DNA of 64,000 bases from Auanema rhodensis (taxonomy: Eukaryota; Animalia; Nematoda): NCBI GenBank assembly GCA_964057225.1, contig OZ059894.1, positions 16,616,001 through 16,680,000 on the forward strand, read 5' to 3'. Made by a program: the position numbers and the translations under genes. Every line of letters begins with the position of its first letter. The first letter of the stretch is position 1. The notes beneath the pieces are model-generated. The model was not told where the DNA came from and searched no databases. It saw nothing but the letters and a program-made list of their open reading frames with translations. This document shows positions 58,508 through 64,000 of the stretch, one piece after another.

Positions 58508-61500
58508 TTATAAGATCGGATGTCATTTGGTTCTAGTATAGATAAGTTGACCAGTCCGCATAAAAGTCAAACACAACTGAGAACTGTCTATTATGATGAA
58601 ACATAGGGTAATCGAAGTCTGTTTTCTGATTATCCTAACCCCCTCTCGAAATGGATAAACTTGCAAAGTTTGTCATGTTATGACTCATCATGACAGAAAA
58701 TTAATCAGTTATTACATACATACATATATAAATCTATTGATACTTCACTTCAAAAGTGAACATAGAAATTCTATGATTATTAGATGGCTTTGAACTTGTT
58801 TATGATAAAACTTTAAAACTTATTGTTTTTCTTCTTTCAAATGAATTTAATAATGATTTATCTATCTATTTCTTCAGCTTTAGATGGTTGAAGCTTTTAG
58901 TGCAACAACAGGAGATATAACTGAAAAATGTGAACCTGAGAATCTGGTCAAATGATCCATAGGCTTGACATCCACTCACCCCACCCTTCCCACTTTGGCT
59001 TGAGCGCCATTCCTCTTTGACATCTAATTGGACAGGATTTTGAAGAAAAGATGAATTGTTGCATCGTGATGACTTAAAATTCACCTAAGGATTCTTTGTA
59101 TCGTAAGACCACGATACCAGGAATCACATACTTGAAATACATTAGGAAACATCTCATATCCGTTTTATTTATTCGAATACAATGTTATCCAATAAACATG
59201 TTGGGTCAATGATTCATGTCAAAAGTTGAAGTTTCAAGAATTTTCATAAAATAAAATACTAAATAAGAATAAATCATTTTATAATTAAGATTTATACATA
59301 TACATATATATACAATAAATATAATTTTTTGTAATTTTAATAGTTAAACTAGTCATTATATATAATTAAAATAAGTTAAATATGTGTATATACATGTTAG
59401 TTAAATACATTTAATAATATTTGAAAATCATTTTTATTTTTTTCCGTCATTGCCTAGGGCAACTACGACAAGTTCAAGCCTGTAGGTTAATTCAGTTATT
59501 CTTCCTTGAAACTGAAATGAAGAATTACATTTATTCAGCAGCTAAGGAACAAACTTTTCATGAAAGTTTACCCACCGAAAAGCATTACGATTTCCATTAA
59601 GTTGTGCTCTTATAAAGGTCTTTTTCTAATTTATATTGAAACACAAATTTTCATATCTATTACACTTAGAAGAAAATGAATATTTATATTTGGCTATTAA
59701 TGCATATAAGTATACATAGGTATACATATAGTTAATTGGATGCATAATCTATGGTATTTATAACTTGTATATCTAAGTAGAAACATTATATTCAAGTCAT
59801 TCTGTCATTCACTTGCCTAATCTAAAGCTAAGCAGTTACCAAATATTTTGTTTCAATCTAACTCCTCTCTTATATAGATTTAACTACTAAAATTTATATT
59901 TTTGTTTAAAATTCTAAATAGATTTTAATATTTTTAATTTTTTTATATATTTATAAATATAAATATTAATCTGCAATTGTTATTTTTCCAGATGTTATCT
60001 TAAACTAAAACGTATTTTTATTTCATTTTTGACTTCTTGAAGATTTGGCTAACACAATCCGAAAAAATTATTTGGTCAAACTGAATCCTCAAATAATTCC
60101 TCTCTTCTCTCTCTGTCTCTTTTTCCCTCTCTCTCCCTCTCTCTCTCTCTCCCTGTCTCTTTCTATCTCTCTCTATCGCTCTCTATCTCTCTCTGTAGAT
60201 ATATAAATATATTTTTATCTGCTCTTTCTCCTTTTTTTCGTTCGTTTCTATCTTATACGCATCCTATCTACTTTTCTTCTTACTTTTCTCTGACCTCTAA
60301 CCTTTCTAGTATTCCCTAACTACGATCGCTTTATGCTTGCAACTTGCTCTATCTTTCTCTACAACTCAGCTAGTCTTTCTCAGTATCTTTTTCATTTTGT
60401 GTTCTTTCTTTCTATGTCTCTTTCTGTCTTTCATATCGTTTTCATTTCTCTCTTACTCGTCCAATACAGAAAATTTATTCACACACACTCATACACACAT
60501 ACACATGTAGAGTAAGTATATATCTACTGTCCTCTACACATCTTTCAATGTCCAAATGTCCATAAGCCTAATGAGTTTAAGATTTTATATTCCTTTCTAT
60601 TCTATTATTATCTTATACAATATTCTTTTCTTCTTAATTATAATGAAAAAGTCATATGAACAATTTTCTAAATGTGAGAATCTTATGAAGTAGATCCATC
60701 CGTTCATTTTCATTTTTCACTGATAAATGCATTTCTTTCGCTTTTTTTCGTGTTCACGTGGTGCTGTGGATTAATTTGTGTATGTAAACCAGATTGCAAT
60801 ATAAATAATACTATATTATTCTCAAGGTATATATATATATCTAAATATACATGTATATACCTAAGAAAATGTGTCAATTTATTCAATCTATATTAACTAT
60901 TACTTGGATTTCTCATATGAAATTCAATATTGTGTATTCTTTTTGTTTTCCTTCAGCGATTTATTCGAGTTTTCCTTTTTATTTTCTCATGTTAATTTTT
61001 TTTTCTTGTTCCAGACTTTTTTCCATTTTACTTGCTGTATTCAGCTGCAAATGCCATTTCCGGATAAAAGTTCTCGTGATGATGGAGGTTCCAGGTTAGT
61101 ATGATATCTTTCAATTATCCTTTAAGTATCTATAAGTTAATTCTTGAAATTACAATCATTGACTTCGTTAGAACTTAGGCTTAGTAAAAGCTATGTTGTA
61201 TCTCCCTGTAATTGATTCTTCTTTTCTTTAATAACTAAGATTTACTATTAAATTATAATTTATTTTGATATAATACAAGAAAACTACTTGTTTTTGATTG
61301 TATATATGAGTACAGTATTGTATGATTATGCTTTCTCTCTTAAATTCACAAAATTTCATATTTTATTCACGAAAAACAAGAAATGGTTTCATTTTTTTTG
61401 ATCACTAATCATATCAATCTAATCATGTTCCTTCAGTATAATAGAAACTGCAAAAAATAAAAAAAATTTCCTTTTTTCATCCGGAAAGATAGAGTTATAT

Positions 61501-64000
61501 CATTCAGTAAACGTTTTTCGGTTCTTCACACAACCTCTTTTGCTCTCAAATATTCATATGGCTTTGTGGTTGCAAAACGACTACTGCCCATCGGGATAGT
61601 CATATTCAATAGCTAATAAAAATATTTTTATAGATTTATAAAAAAAAGTAAAGTGGAATATCTTTGAGTTTTTGAAATTTATCTTCTTTTCTTTTTTTTT
61701 TGAATTTAACAAAAAAAATTGAAAAATAGATATACTCATTACAGTACATTATACTTTGTAACATCATTTACATGAAAATATGATTATTAGATGTTTCTTT
61801 ACTTATTATATATTATTTTTTATAAAAAGAATGAGAAAGATAGTCATTTTAATCAGATGCAAACACATATTTTGCAAAAGTATAATAATATCCGTTTATC
61901 TAATATCTAAAAGTAAAAAAAGAAATCATATATAACATACATACATATGTATTTTTGCTTATTAAAAGATGAAATTCAATTTATCTTATATAAAATAATT
62001 ATTTTGTTGCAAAAGGTTTAATATATGTAGATTATAAGTAAAATATTATGTTTTCTTCAAACTAATTAATGTTTGATCAAATATAAAACTATTAAAATTA
62101 TTATAATATCTGATGAAAAGCAACTTATTTGACAATAAAAAAGAAAAAAAGAAGAAGACTTGAAGTTATTGCCGATTTGTATGAAATGCAACCGTTCGTG
62201 ACCACTACGTAATGAGAAAATGAAAAAAAAGCATTTTTCCTAGAATCTTACGTCATCTACGTGAATTAATCTAAGAAAGAAAATATTCAGTTAAACCATA
62301 TGTACGTATATTATATTTTTTTGAATCAAATAATCGTAAAAATCACATTGAAAATGATTAGCATATATACATACATTAGTTAGTAGCCAGGCGGACATTT
62401 TTAAGAGCATTTTTACAAACTTTATATGAAATACTGTATTAAAATTTCAATTTTTCTTTTTTCATTTAACAAGTCGTTGGCATATCTTCTCAACATTGCC
62501 AGTATGAGTACGCATGTATATCATCCAAAAAAAAAAATTCATCTTTGACCAAAATATATAGGCAGATCATTCCAAATATGGCTTTATTTTGCTGACTAAT
62601 TGCATCTGTTTTACGGCTTTTTTAATTAATATTTTATAAATATATTTTCCCTTTTTTTTTTAATCACAAATGATAACAATCTGTAGTCTTTTGATAGATA
62701 GTTTATATATAATTTGATCTGAAAAAAGAAAAGATGATTTTATCCTTTTTCAAATAGAAATTTATAATAAATTCCTCTTTTTACTTTTTATCAAACAAAA
62801 AATATATAATGAGATATATATATTATAAGTTAAAAATATAAAATTCATATGTTTATATTATGTTTGAGAATAAAGTTCAAAATCACATTGTCATGTGGTT
62901 TGTAAATAAATTTTATTGAAGAATTTTATATTTTACTTTACTTTTGAATGAAACGTTTGAATACATCGTCCGTAAATTCGATTACAAATCATATGCAAAA
63001 TATTTCGATCATTTGAGCTGAAACGGTTAAGTATGCAAGCCAGTTAACAACATCAGAAACTTAAGATGTTCAACTAAAGCTAACATGTACCCAACTAACA
63101 GATAAAGTCTGAAAAATGAGTGAAAGAACCTGATAGTTCTACAGATTCGCATCTGTAATCAACGTTTAAATAATATTTATATAAGAAACCAGACCGAAAA
63201 TAGGAGTTAAACTACTGTACAACAATTTATTTCAAATTCTTATGTCTATTTTATCTCTTTTAAGATAATGTGAAGAATCTTAAAGATGTTGAAACAACTT
63301 GAATTACAGTTTTCGTAGATATGTGAGTAATGCATAACACGACGAAGAGACAAGGCTTGTTTAGAAAAATGAATGAACGACAAAGAAAATGAAAAAAGAA
63401 GCAAAAGATAGAGATGAAGTAAAGAGAGTTTGACAGAAAGAGAAATATATGAAAAGAGGTATACAGAGAGACAGATAGAGAGATAGAGAGATACTGATGG
63501 ATGGTAGGTATAGGTGAGGATACTGATTGGAAGAAACAAGCTACCGTCTGTCAGGTCATGTAATTCAATACGTTGAGTCTTTAGCAACTGCAAAGTCTTA
63601 ATGAATAGTCTCTTCATTTTGCTTTGTATCTTTTCAGCTATTTCACCTGTTCTCTCTTAGTTTCATCTTCTCTTTCAGTACATCCCTTTACTCGGAATAT
63701 TTCTAGTTCACTTTGTCTTTCTTTATCGTTTGTCTATTCATTTGCCAACAAATGTTTTTATGCTCGCTTTCTCAGCATTTCTCAAAAAATTCTAAAAAGT
63801 TCTCAAACACATCTTTACCTACTGACTAGAAAATACCTGTGAAATCTCTGTTCCTACTCTTTATCTCCTTAGTAACGCCCTCCCCCCGATCACCCAATAA
63901 CATTGAGATAATTCAGTTCAACACTCATCATTCTACCTTTAGTATATTTGAAATATACAAATGAAAATAGTATAGAGATCATTCACAAACAGCTTTTTCA

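Noticed and set aside
56900-64000. Short ORFs in the right-hand 7 kb (e.g. 57685-58074, 63246-63617)
   Set aside because: Low-complexity translations of CT/GA- and AT-rich DNA with no recognisable domain or exon chain; probably regulatory or intronic DNA of a neighbouring gene.

Overview
AT-rich, intron-dense nuclear DNA from a rhabditid-type (probably clade V) nematode, with ~40-50 nt introns, trans-splice-type acceptors and operon-like gene spacing; the species cannot be determined from the window. Gene models were spliced by eye, so boundaries are approximate. Protein genes in order: a secreted thyroglobulin/WAP/TIL protein ending in a degenerate Cu/Zn-SOD domain, calreticulin, an orphan coiled-coil protein, three actins, an RYYR-CCHC/FLYWCH-like zinc finger, a probable operon (SDE2, RSL1D1, two DnaJ genes), DONSON, COX16 overlapping a UBA-PTH2 gene, an ABCC/MRP transporter, ENPP, PPT1 and a small secreted TSP1 protein. 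There are also two identical tRNA-Asn genes. Four observations stand out. (1) The apparent 239-bp satellite in a large intron (7.4-9.2 kb) reads as an antisense array of eight H/ACA snoRNA genes, each with a PSE-like element, TATA and oligo-T tract; the 5' guide pocket is invariant (LSU rRNA U equivalent to yeast Psi2944) and the 3' hairpin comes in four versions. (2) A 926-bp mini-Maverick/Polinton has TIRs, a 6-bp TSD, a protease remnant and an intron-containing cargo fragment. (3) COX16 and UBA-PTH2 overlap by 8 nt (ATGAGTGA). (4) The actin cluster shows patchwork gene conversion and one actin may be nested antisense in the outron of another.
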